The translations under genes and the position numbers were made by a program. A stretch of DNA of 64,000 nucleotides from Balanoglossus misakiensis (taxonomy: Eukaryota > Animalia > Hemichordata), in NCBI GenBank assembly GCA_040954595.2, contig CM082588.2:6026202-6090201 (forward strand), read 5' to 3'. Below, one piece after another: positions 27,701 to 39,499 of the stretch. Each line of letters starts with the position of its first letter. Position 1 is the stretch's first letter. A model generated the notes under the pieces. That model saw only the letters and a list, made by a program, of their open reading frames with translations. It was not told the DNA's origin and did no database searches.

Positions 27701-29100
27701 TAGGGAAGAAAGGGTGCAATGTAAAGCAGAAACTTACGGCATGCTTCTGCTACAAGTTTTGCAAAGAAATCTTCATTTCCGTACTGTTTACTCATAATGG
27801 ACGACTTGAGAGATTTGATCACTTCTTCTTTGCTATGTATATCTTTTATCGACCCACAGACGAGATCTGGAAGGATTTCAACCGCCTTCTTTATGGCTAT
27901 CTCGTAGCCCTCGATAACTTCCGTCGGCGACAACCCCATGCGTAGGAGTTCCTCGGCGTTCTCTAATAATGCCCCGGCCAACACTAAGACGAAGTTGGTG
28001 CCGTCTCCGATCTCTTGTTCCATTTGCTGGGATGCTAACACTACCATTTTGGCAGCTGGGTGTTGTACCTATTGATAATATACAATTTACATCAACTCAC
28101 TAAAATGGCACAACACAATGTTTCAGAATGGTTAATCTCATCCAATAGTCTACACAAGTAGCGCAGATGCACTAAACAAAATAAGGTATGCCATGATTGT
28201 TCTGAAAAATATGTATACACGTGAAATGTACAATGAAACCTGTCCTTACAGACACAGTCACCTCTTTATTAAGTACAGATTTTAAATAGAAAAAGTAGTT
28301 ACAGAATATAATGTTACTAGTCTTCTACCGACACAAGATAAATTATTAATGCACTATAACATTTTAATACTTGTTATGGCAGCCTCACCTCTAGTTCCCT
28401 AATAATCGTTGCAGCGTCATTAGTAACAAATAGCTTTTCTATATGGTTGATAACCATTTTATTCATTCCATTGGGTCCATATGCTGACCGCGTTGTCTTG
28501 GCCAGTTCTTTGCATGCTTCGATATTCCTGTAAACGGCTTCTTCAAGACCTTGATAGTTCTGTGTACACAAGGAAGTTAGACACAATTAGTACACTTCAG
28601 ACTAGACAACCTGTTTTACACTTACAGAGGGAGCTTCACCATGGCCTATGACAGAATGTACCTGTCGGTTGTCAACGTCAATATCAATGTCTCTTTCATT
28701 CGACTTACAAAATGCCACAGAAATTACGTGCTAAAAGACAACCTACTGAAGAAAAACAATTTTGGTAACGTTCATGTGGTATAGATTTGAAATCGGTGGT
28801 TCCACAGCACTGAAACGATTTTTAAACGAGGCGTGCTGCATGTAACTATGTGGCTTTGACATGCAGTCACATGTGGTCCATTGCAGTGTACATTGCACGG
28901 AACATGTGCACCGTCATGTCCCTTGTAATACCTCTGTCAAGTTCACTTACAGGGAATACTGGGCAACCATATATGTAGCGGAAAATCGAGATTAACATCC
29001 GATCTACAATATTCCGTTGAAGGCTACACAGAATACTCACCCTAGCACCATCTTTTAGCATTTGGGCGAAGCCCGGAGCTTTGGGAACGGGTAGCGCCAT
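24701..29100 (-). CDS. CCT8: T-complex protein 1 subunit theta (CCT/TRiC chaperonin), 546 aa, 10 exons
   Basis: Exons 29100-29041, 28559-28389, 28068-27738, 27606-27545, 27115-26978, 26856-26785, 26402-26025, 25517-25281, 25058-24939, 24772-24701; all GT-AG and phase-consistent. Motifs MALPVPKAPGFAQMLKDG, GPNGMNKM, TNDAATI, GDGTNF, GAGATEIE and VDQIIMAKPAGGPK are diagnostic of CCT theta. Confidence 0.97.
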
Positions 29101-29200
29101 TTTGTAGCTGTCTAGTATTCCCCGGCATGCACCACGAAGTCCCTGCCCACTTTCTAACGCTGGTGGCGCTACGCTCAGCGATATAAATCATGTAAGTCAG
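29095..29200. promoter_or_regulatory. Compact promoter between CCT8 and the Schlafen-like gene, probably bidirectional
   Basis: YY1-type GCCATTTT overlaps the CCT8 ATG; ZNF143/Staf-like TTCCCGGCATGCACCACG at 29118-29135; a plus-strand donor CAT|gtaagt at 29192 could end a non-coding first exon of the Schlafen-like gene. Confidence 0.5.
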
Positions 29201-29612
29201 ACATGCAAATCAGTAGTCTGGTTTCCGGTATATCCTTACTACCAGACTTATACTTTGAGAAAACGAAAGAAGGTAAAGATTTCGCTTTTTTAACGATAGA
29301 AAATGACTTCGCCACATACAAACAGAACTTTAGTTTAAGAGGTAACCGTGGGAGAAATCGTAAGATATACAGGTCGGGAGCACGTTGATACCGAAACTAA
29401 ATCGTTTGCGTTTTCCCCTATATTCTACCACTCCCAGTAAAATGTTTGACCATAAACTTCAAGATCAACATTGCCGAGGGGATTATGAACCTTGTGAAAA
29501 AAAAACATGTTCAATGAAAATTGGGCAAAACAATGTGTCTTTTCGAAATTTCCAGAAAACCAGTTTTGGGGGCGGGGGCTTAAAGATGGGTTGTAGACAG
29601 ACCCTGCAGCAA

Positions 29613-29970
29613 TAAGGGAAGGACCACTTGATTTCGGGGGGGGGCAGCAGGATTAGGGTTAAGCTATGGAAACACGGGTAGTTGGTCCGGGTATGCTGGT
29701 TTCCCCACCAGTATATTTTGTAGCTGGTTTTCAATATGGTGGTGGAGAAACCAGCATATCCTGTCCCCACCAGACGCTAGTAGCTGTGTTTCCACAGCCA
29801 GATTTGGGTATGCCAGCAGTTTTTTGTTTCAGCTTTTATTGCCAGTGCATATTTTCCGCAAAGCATTATAGAAGATACCCCCTCTCCACCATCTGCCAGC
29901 AACTTAAATTTGTTTTTTGTTTTTTAAAATCCATCCACCCCCCTCCCGAAATAAAATGTTTCCCCCTGTA
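29613..29970. mobile_element. MITE with poly-G/poly-C subterminal tracts (PIF/Harbinger-like)
   Basis: Left end taagggaaggaccacttgatttcgggggggggg and right end ccccctcccgaaataaaatgtttccccct are imperfect inverted repeats. Related ends occur at ~23025-23060 and 38653-38849. Confidence 0.5.
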
Positions 29971-30073
29971 GCTACGCATGCTTGGTCAGCCATGTTTTTC
30001 TCATGAAGAGCGGGGCCCACATTGAAAAGGTTTCTTTTTAATAGACACGTAATTTTCCTTGGCTTCCAGAGTT

Positions 30074-33059
30074 ATGGCATCACCAAACCGTTCTGGCGAG
30101 AATTCCCCAAATGACTCCTCCCTCAGGAAGAGAAAAATGGAGGGTGATAAACATGTAAGGATCTTATAGTCCAAAGTTCAACATGTAGTATAAATGTAAT
30201 GTATATTGCTAGTTTCTACTGTAGGAGTATAAATGTAATGTACATGTATTATTATATTGCTAGTTTCTACTGTAGGATAGAATACATAAAGGAATCCCCC
30301 CATAAAATCCCAAAGTAACCTTCAAAAGAACAGCTTAGTAAGTTATTGTCAGACCATGACTTTGTTCAGCAACCTTTGTAAGCACTGACATTGACAGAAC
30401 CTGCAGAAAATAAGACAGTGCTTGAAAGGCATGTGTTTTGACTAATCAAGCACTTGAGACATGCAAAGTCATCTATATACTCAAAATGTAAAACTAATGC
30501 CATTTGATCATGTATTATAAATTTCTGTTGTGTTTAACAGTTGTCTGCTGGTAGCAGTAAAGCGAGGAGACCAATTGGTGACATAAGTAACACTGTTGGG
30601 TAAGATTTATGCTATTTCCTGTCAGTGTTGAATGTCTGTCATTGTCTGTTGTCGGTCAACAATTGTCTTCTCCATACTATAAACCATAATGGTCTGTTTA
30701 TATACTTTATACAAAAAGTAATATTTTCTTGTCTTGCACACTAATTAAGGGAACTATTTGCTTTTGCTTTATTGCATTATCTTCAAGGTAAAAGAATGAC
30801 GATTTGGTCTGTATTTTCTTTGCAGGGCACCAGAACCCATGGATGTATCATGTGCTGGTGAGTTACAGATCTGAGTAAATTCATGTGTCTGCCATAATGC
30901 AGCTTTAGGTTCTCTTTGAAGCTGAATTCATGCATGTTATTGTAAGACTTAATCTGTTTAGTCATAATAATAATAGGCACACACTGGCACAGCTAGGCTA
31001 TTTAATTGATACAAACACTTTATTGTTTTCATTTGTTAAACAGATGGAGGATTGGAACAAGAGCCACCTCTTCCTGAGTAAGTCCATGTTTTGTCTACAT
31101 GTTCATCTGTACCCATCTACCGGTACAATGCATAACTGTCTCTCTGATGTTGTACTACTAGCTTTGCTGTCAGTTGCTTGCACAGTTTTATATCCACAGA
31201 AAATGGACAACAGTATGTGTAGGCTTGGGGTCCATTTATTCCAAATTATGGGAAAGTTAGCCTGGCCCCAGACCAGTGTGTTTTAGATATATAGACATTC
31301 TAGAATTTCTTTAAATCAAAAACACACTGGTCTGGGGCCAGGCTATGGGAAAGTGTGCCTTGTGCTTTTGCCATGTGGGGACCCTACAATATATAGTCTG
31401 CATTGTTTATGCACACTGCACACTCTCTTTACTTCAGTGTTTTTCTTTTTTCCTTTCTTTTTTTTTCAGGGATGTGAAACATTTAGCAGAAACGGTGCTC
31501 AAAGTTTCTGTCTGTCGTAAGAAGAATCAGTCTGAGAAGATTATTGCAAATCTAACAGGCCTTGCGAATAGTGAAGGGGGCATTCTTGTGATTGAAAACA
31601 AGGAAAAGTTGGCATCTGATAAATGGCTCCATCCTGTGCAACAGAAAATGGAAAAAATTACTGGTGTTGAATCCTGGGCAGAAATATTTCATGTAGAAGA
31701 GTCACCTCAACAAGAATATACGTATATATTTGTTAAGAAAGCCAAAAAGTGGCTGACAGTTTCGACCAAGTGTTATGAAATGGATGACACTCGAGTCATT
31801 TCCAAGACAACAGACAAGGTTAGTAAAGTACTTGAGGAAGTGAAGGCAAGCAGCTCCGGGGACTTCATTGAATTGGGATTGCAAGACCTACCCAAGTTGC
31901 CCGACAGTATGGTGTATGATCAAAGATACAAGAATGAATCAACAACACTACAGTTCAAAGGCATCTGTAGAAGTGAAAAAATTAAAGTTGAACTCCCAAG
32001 AAATGTCTCTGCCTTTGCTAACACTAAAGGCGGTCACTTCATGTGGGGAATTGAAGAAAACAAGAAAAAAGAATCCATTGTGAAAGGTAGATGCTGTGAT
32101 GACTTGGTTTCCATAGAAAGAATGGTATCTCAAGAAATTAACAAGATGCACTGGGGCTTCAAGCCAGAAACAGGCAAACACTGGAAATTCCAGACTGTTC
32201 CTGTCACGGGAGGGAGCAAATGTGCACAAGTTGGATGCAGTGGTGAACGCTATGTGATCGTTATTTCAGTGGCTAAAATACACGGATCAGGAGGTGTATA
32301 TTCTGGTATCCCAGAGAGCTATGAAATGAGGCACGGCAAGTGTGTCAAACTTGATGATTTCGAACGCTGGAAGGAACTTAATGTTGTTACTAATGCTGAA
32401 ATGGGTAAGTAGGGTATTACTTGATACGGGAGGTATGCTCAATTTACTGCAAGCCAAAAAAAGGAAGAATTCTAACATTTAGTTTCCATGTGCTGAACAT
32501 TGTGACATAAACAATTTTCTTGCAACTTTTGGATGTTGTTACCTTGTACCCAGTAATACCTAATAGAAAAGCTGAAAATACTACTTACGGTATATACTGT
32601 ATTCATTCTGACCCCAAATAACCAGTTTTAGTGCAACTATTTTTACATACAGTGTATGTTTGATAGGCTGTGCTGTTCATTTGTTATTGACTCAAAGAAC
32701 TCTGTATTACTTTTTCACAGAAAAGCTCCAAAAGCGGTTTGATTGCATGACAATAAAATCTGGTCAACATCCTGTACAGGTACACTCTATAAAAGGTTCG
32801 GTTGACTCCATTGTGGATGATCTGTTCCAAGGTAGGATGTTGTCAGTTTCTGTATTTTTCTATATTATATTTACCCTCCTCTAAAAATAAAGAAAACCTT
32901 GCCATTGACAATCAAGCTAGAATTTCTTTGAAGAAAGCAGGCTGCTTGTGACAGCACACTTTCAAAAAATATTTGTGATTTTTTTACTACTGTACATAAT
33001 ACAGTGCAGAAGGTGACATTGATAGATACACATACACATATATACACACACACATACAT

Positions 33060-33094
<35 letters not shown>

Positions 33095-35436
33095 TACATA
33101 CATACATACATACACACATACATACATACATACATACATGCATGCGTGCATACATACATACATACATACATACATACATACATACATACATACATAGAAA
33201 TTTTATGTTCTCAAACTTAGACAATATTGTGCTCAGAATACTTGGCTTTGCGTGCAGTGTTGGTAATTCTCATATTTGTAAAACCAATTCTATTTGTTTT
33301 GTTTTGTTTTGCTTTGTAGCTAAAGACTTCAAAGAAACCAATGTTTGGCCGCAAGCTTTCTACAAATACAGAACTAAAACTGAGCACAAGAAACACTTAA
33401 AAAAATTATTTGACTGTTTGGCTAACTGTAGCGGGACAGCTATCTGTATGAAGTCGTTGCTGGATGCTACTGTGAAGACTGAGGATCAGCGACAGCAATT
33501 CATCGAGAAACCTAATGATCTGATCTGTGATCTGTTGCTGTGCGTCAAAGGTCTGGGCATTTTCCTTTTATCATTATCACAGGGAAGTGATGATGTCATT
33601 AAGGAGTACAACGTGGAGACAGGAAAGCAGTTAAAGAAGGCCCTTGTCATGATTGGAGGGTGTCAAGAATGGTTGGCCATCCATTGTAGAATCCTGGATG
33701 TTACAGTTCGCTGTCAACTTGACACACTGTTGAAGCCAAACGAGCTTTATCCATCAGCAGAATTTAAATTCACAGAGGCAAAATATCGGGCAACTATGAA
33801 AGCTCTAACAGTTGTTCTGTCTGCAGTACCTTCGATGGTCTCCCCAAAGATCGGGTGTGCCTTTCTGAATACTCTGACCCGAGAACAGTTTGACATACTT
33901 TGGCACTTGTATGACAAGGAGAAGACATTGTGGGTTAGAGGGCCTCCTGGAACTGGGAAAACACTCCTTGCGTTTGAATTGATGCGGAAATTGCAGCGAG
34001 ATCAAGGACTAGCACCAGAGGAAATTCTCTATGTAACAGAATACTCTGGCAATCTTGGCAGAGCAAGGTAGGTACATGTGGTCTAAAACCATGCCACCAT
34101 GTAGCAGTTTTGATAAAGAGTGATAGTTGGTCCTTTTCACTGTCTGCTAAACTTTCTAACATGGACGAAACAGGGACACATTTCCTGACATGGTGTCATT
34201 AACGTGTAATTGGTTTAGGGTGATATTAAAGAATTCATTTTTTACAGTCTGTTCGACCACACAAAACTTCCATTTCGTTTGTTGGATATGAGAGTAAAAA
34301 TCTCACCAAATTGAAGAAATGGTAAACACCCATTATTCATTTTGCCGAGTTTGTCACTCTCGTGTCTACAAGTGTCGAGTGTTGATTCACTATATATCCA
34401 CATGTAGAATAACATAAATGGTGTCTACTATCAATCATAACTAATGGAAATAAGGCAGCGCAAGAGACTTTGTCCCTTTAAACAAATTGACAAATAATGA
34501 TTTAGACATTTATTTATAGCAGCCATTCCTTAACAACTTGAATCCTTTGTCATCTGGATTGTACTGATAATTGTGATATTTTCCTTCTTTCTCATGCCAT
34601 ACAGGAAAACTGGTGCTTGCATAGCTGTAAGAAGGGAAGACTTTGCCAAGAAATGCGAAGAATATAGTGATGTGAAGCACGTCATTCTTGATGGAGTGCA
34701 GAACTTCACCGACAAGAAAAGAGACAAATCTGTCATGCAGTGGCATCAAAAAGCCAAAGTAATTCAAGCACGTCATGATGGCTTTCTATGGATCTTCCTG
34801 GATATGGCACAAAAGCTGACGAGAGCAACTTCGAGACAGACTGGTATCCCTTACAAGACAGCCATGAAACCAGCAGCTTTCCTGACAGAAGTAATTCGCA
34901 ACAGCTGTGAAATATTCCATGCTGCAGAGCAGTATCTTTGCAATGAGTACAAGAAGCAAAATATCAAGCCTGCCCATGATTTTCAGGGGGACAAGCCAAC
35001 TTATTTGTACTTTGCCGAGAATAATTTGGTTAAAGGTGTTTGCTCTGTTGTGAAGCATTTGATCAGCAAAGAGGGATACTTGCCAAAGGAGATAGCTATT
35101 CTTACCAGCACTGTTGCAGATGAGAAAATACCCAAGTTGAAAGCAGTCTTACAGGGATTTGATGTTCCTGTAGGAGATGTTGGCGAGGAAGATGGTGACT
35201 GCATTGTAATCACAAGCATCCGGAATTTCAGCGAGTTGGAAAGACCCGTGGTCATGGGGATTGATCCAGTTATCCATAAAGGATCAGAAGTCAGGCGAGG
35301 TGTTCCGTTTGCCAACTGGGAGTCATTGATGTTGATTCTGCACACTCGTGCCATGGCTAAATTGATCATATGGAAAAAGAGTTTGTATGGAAGAGAAAAT
35401 TGGCAACAATATGCAGGTAAATATGCCAACTTGTGA
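30074..35436 (+). CDS. Schlafen-like protein (AlbA_2/Schlafen core + linker + SF1-type helicase domain; group III architecture), 943 aa
   Basis: Exons 30074-30154, 30541-30599, 30826-30857, 31044-31077, 31470-32404, 32721-32831, 33320-34067, 34605-35436 join into one open frame with GT-AG sites. Motifs: GLANSEGG, YIFVK, ESTTLQFK, VSAFANTKGG, ICDLLL, LTREQF, Walker A GPPGTGKT, ILDGVQNF, LWIFLD..Q, LTEVIRN, SIRNFSELER, HTRA. The first four small exons are less certain. Confidence 0.88.
31258..31345. mobile_element. 88-bp MITE with 27-bp perfect TIRs and 9-bp target-site duplication
   Basis: TAGCCTGGCCCCAGACCAGTGTGTTTT...AAAACACACTGGTCTGGGGCCAGGCTA, flanked by TGGGAAAGT at 31249-31257 and 31346-31354. 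Confidence 0.9.
33028..33196. repeat. Compound (CATA)n/(CA)n microsatellite in a Schlafen intron
   Basis: Directly visible; source of the MYVC/HTYI ORFs. Confidence 0.95.
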
Positions 35437-35758
35437 ATACTGGAACCTTCATAGTCAATAAGTTCAGTCGTTTCTTGGTAGTAAAAGACTGATGAACTGG
35501 TTCCAATTTCTTAAATGCGCACCACAGTAACAGTTGTAATCTCATTCTTTTGTACTTTGCAGTCTCCAGTCGTGCCCAGAAATCGTTTCAATGAAACAAG
35601 TCTCCTCGGGTTACTTCCTGTTGCCAGTACACCAATCTTAATATGCGAGTGCAGTGAAGAGATTTGCTGATAAGAAAACCAACAGTAAAAAGGTGAACTG
35701 AAATAATCTGACTTTTGGTGGGCGTTGACTGCGATGTACATCACTCTCTGTACACCAG

Positions 35759-35792
35759 AAACAGATATTTGACCCGGGTCAAATATCTGTTT
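35759..35792. repeat. Perfect 34-bp palindrome
   Basis: AAACAGATATTTGACCC|GGGTCAAATATCTGTTT, followed by a third gatatttgaccc half-site. Confidence 0.9.
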
Positions 35793-35918
35793 GATATTTG
35801 ACCCTTGGTCCCATTTGAGGATTACACAGAAATAGGGATACACCGGAATAAAAATTACAGGTGACATTACAAGCAGATATGATCTTACCATTTAGAAATA
35901 TGGAATGTAAAAACAATT

Positions 35919-36790
35919 AACAAGGAACATGCCCAATAAACTGCCTTGTGTCATGGCAGTCTTACAAGTTGTGCTAGAAAAAATTATTTTTGACCAAAAA
36001 TTGTCTGTACAAACACATATGAGAAGCAACTTCTTTCAGTCAGCCCTGGAACTGACAGACACACACACAGATGCTCACCGACCTGCCACTTGTAATAAGA
36101 AATTTAATAGCCGGTGGTCTCTGTAATAGCTGGCCTATTAAAGTTATGTAGACATGTTGAAGTTGGGGGTAACAACTCCTTGTAAACAGTAACTTTCAAA
36201 ACTGGACAATAGGTTTAGGAGAAGATTTGCTAACCAAAAACAAAGAAACTTACAAAAATACTTGCTAAATATTTAGTATTTCTGGTATCAGAATTGAATA
36301 AAAGTTGCACATGTATGTGTTTTGAAATTGTATCCTAAACAGCTATCAGTGAAAAAACAAATTTCAAAGCAGTTTTAGGAAAATGCCTACCAAATTGCAA
36401 AGCAATCTGGCATGCGGTTTTAGAGAAAAAAAATGACCAAAAATTGCTCAAATTATAAATATGCAAAATTTGCAACAATTTGAACGAAAGTATGGTTACT
36501 CAGACAACCTATAGGAAGCTTTGTACTAAATTTCAAAGAAGTAGGCCTAACACTTTCAGAAATGAAGATTTTTTACCAATATAAATGGAAAAATGCAAAA
36601 AAATAGAAAATAGATATTACCTCAAAAAATACAGGACTGTTTGAGGTAGACATAAGGTACATGCATAACAATTTTCAAATCAATCTGACCAGTGGTTGTT
36701 GAGTTTTTGAGTTCTGACCAATTTCGCATTTTCCCAGCTAATTTGCGTATTTTTGGCAATGACAACTTCATTTGAACAAATTTGATTATT
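35919..36790. mobile_element. Degenerate interspersed repeat(s), possibly Helentron/HINE-like
   Basis: AACAAG start, short acagac/ac tract, terminal hairpin aatagccgg...ctggcctatt, then recurring aaatttcaaag and gaagatttt...accaa motifs. Boundaries and family are uncertain. Confidence 0.3.
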
Positions 36791-37514
36791 CTGTTCTTTA
36801 TTTAGTCAGTAGCTTGTGATTTTGTATTGCAACTCTAAACTTTTCATGAAGTTTTTTTTTTGTCACTCAAATGATAAATGTTATGTTTTTTGTATACAGG
36901 TCATGTTTACTTACATGTAGTTTAGAAATAAAGAAAAAGATGCATGCTACAAATTTGTGTTTGTCTTTGTTATGTGCTGTGTGTTGATATGTTTTGCTTA
37001 AAATAAATACGCACTATCCTAGATCTTCTTGAATCTAACATTTGGTGGTAGTTTATAGACTGAAAAGGCAGTAAAATAACTTAAAATAGACTCCATATTC
37101 ACACATGCTTGCAGTGAGTTGAACAACACTGCACTTAATATAGAAAGGTATCCTTGAAAACTCAATTGTGTAAAAATGACTTTTAATATCCCCTTAATGC
37201 CATCAACATGGCTGATAACTACCAGCTTTGCTGAGATCAATGTTCATGGTGTGTGGTAACACTTGAAACCCAACAACAGGTCAATAAGGGAGTCCGAGTG
37301 ATGCAGGGTCACACATATGCCACGTTACAAATGGCACAGAGCAGCTCCACCATGATGAGACCAGTGAAGTGATGATGTACTGCAATTCCTATGTTTTAGT
37401 GATTAGTGAGGAATCTGGACCAGTACTGCAGTGTTCTAGTACGCGTCTTGCATGCATGATCCTCACATCAAGGTTCCTCCGAATCCACTTCCCTGAATGC
37501 TTGGGCACTGACGC

Positions 37515-39296
37515 TCATAAGACTGCCGCCGTCTTCCTCACAACATCCACCAGTAGACTCGACACCCTGTTGCAGACCAGCAACCAACATGTTATACCCA
37601 CTGCACCAGGGACACCAGTGGGAATGGACACAAAGGTTGCCACGGGAAACAGCCAATCAGGATCCAGTGAGATGACCGGGTGACTGCGGTATGTCCATAT
37701 AAGGAAGAGGTATACAATCACCTGTGCAAAATCAGTAGGCAGTTTTTAGAATCAGGTTTACTGAGACCAATCATTTCCATGTCTGTAGCTGTGATATCAT
37801 AGGTCAGCAAAACTTTACAGCATACAAAGCTTGACTTTAAAACTTGGCTCAAGACCTGTTACAATGTCAGTCTCGCAAGATCCTGTAATGAGCTGAAAAT
37901 CACGTAGTCCTGGTACATGTACTTACCTGCAGTGTGTACAGTAAAGCTGTTGCTATCCATCGATACTTCATAGAGGCCATTGACTTTGTCTTATCTGTCA
38001 GACACGAAAAAAACACCAAAAAGATGGACGAAAATATTTATGTGTGATGGCCACCAGAAAAAAAATTGAAAAAGTTGAATGAGTATTTTAGAGACAAAGA
38101 AGTCATAAAATTCAAGAAAAACATTATCTCATCAAACTTACTACAGTGAGATGATGATTTTCTTACCCATAATCATGCATTTATATATATGATTTGATCT
38201 CCCTAGAATAAAGTAACAATGTTTCAGATTTCTGTACCATGCAGATGGTCACCAAATCCAGCTGAATGATTAGAATCTTTTAGCCTCTCTGTAATCGAGA
38301 CGTTTTGATTACCTATTAAATGCATAATTAATGCCACTTACTGATGTTTGATAGATCATCTGTAAGTTTATTTATTTTCCTCTGAGTTCTTGCGTATTTG
38401 GCAAATTCATCCATGGCACGGATCAAGTTGAGTTCCTTCCTCAGTTCTGTCAGTTCCCGTCGCTTACTGTACTCATCTTCAGAGTCCCTTTTCCAGTAAG
38501 TCAGTATCTGTTAGAAAAAGACGAAGTCAATGCTGTCATCCAGAAATGGGTAACAATAAACTGTGAAGAAAAAGTACAGCAACAACCAACAGGAAGAGTG
38601 GTAGGGCTACGGGCCATTGACCCACAGAGCAAGATGCTTGCTTGTGTAGTTATTAGGGGAAAACCATTCAATTTCTCGTATACCAGCAAATTAGTTATTT
38701 CAGGCACTGTTACAGCATTTTTTTTATTCCATTGAAAGTCCACGTTTTTCTTTAAGGCATTACAGCCTGGGCATTACAGAAAGTTTGTTTTACTCGGCAC
38801 CATTTGACAACACCCCCCCCCCCCCATATATCAAATTGTTCTCCCCTTAGAGAACACCCTCCATCAGAAAAACAAGTTAAGTGTCAACACAACGACAGTC
38901 CACTGCCGGGGTCACGACGAAAACCGTGGAACGTGTTCAATCTCTATCCGTAGTTGAATTCAATATAGCAAACATGTCTTCCAAAGTTTGTACAACGACC
39001 CAGACCGGAATGGTATTGCCACTGGCCGTCCCTGCACTACTACTACTAGAGCTGAACTGCAGCGGATGTGTTACGGATGTGTATGGGTATGTACACAGTG
39101 TTTAGTATGTAGCTCTGAATGAATGGCTGTGTGTCTTACGGCCTAGCTGCAATCATTGTAGCTTGATGTGAATAGAACTGATACAGAGATTACAAAAGCA
39201 ACCTATACGACCTACCAGTTGCGCGATGGTAGAAGCTAACGTCTGTATATTGGTCAAAGCGAACACTAAACCGAAAATCCCGATGGGCGCAGACAT
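37515..39296 (-). CDS. GET1: Guided entry of tail-anchored proteins factor 1 (GET1/WRB), 173 aa, 4 exons
   Basis: Exons 39296-39216, 38507-38342, 37994-37927, 37721-37515, GT-AG and in phase. Protein: N-terminal TM (MSAPIGIFGLVFAL...), coiled coil with MDEFAKYARTQRKINKLTD, second TM, then WLFP and PTGVPGAVGITCWLLVCNRV, matching the WRB signatures DEFARYARLERKINK and GVGITCWILVCNKV. Confidence 0.95.
38653..38849. mobile_element. MITE in GET1 intron 1, same broad family as 29613-29970
   Basis: ttaggggaaaaccattcaattt ... poly-C-atatatcaaattgttctcccctta form imperfect TIRs. Confidence 0.45.
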
Positions 39297-39499
39297 TTTT
39301 AATTTACAATGACTTGTGGGTAACGTGTTTAGTTTTGGGCCTTTTTAGAGCAATATATTTTCTAGCACGTTTTAAAATTTTATAATGCCTTTACTTAAAA
39401 TATAATTTAATTTTTGTGTAATAATTAATTTTACATGCTCCAGGAAGAAACCCTTCAACACTGTCCTCGTTGTCATTCGTGAAAAGATTCGTGAATACT

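Noticed and set aside
32871-33319. MYVC/HTYI repeat ORFs and the N-terminal third of ORF 33004-34071
   Set aside because: Intronic microsatellite; the real exon begins at the acceptor before 33320.
38881-39105. Nested antisense ORF in GET1 intron 1
   Set aside because: Short, no recognisable motif and no supporting splice structure.
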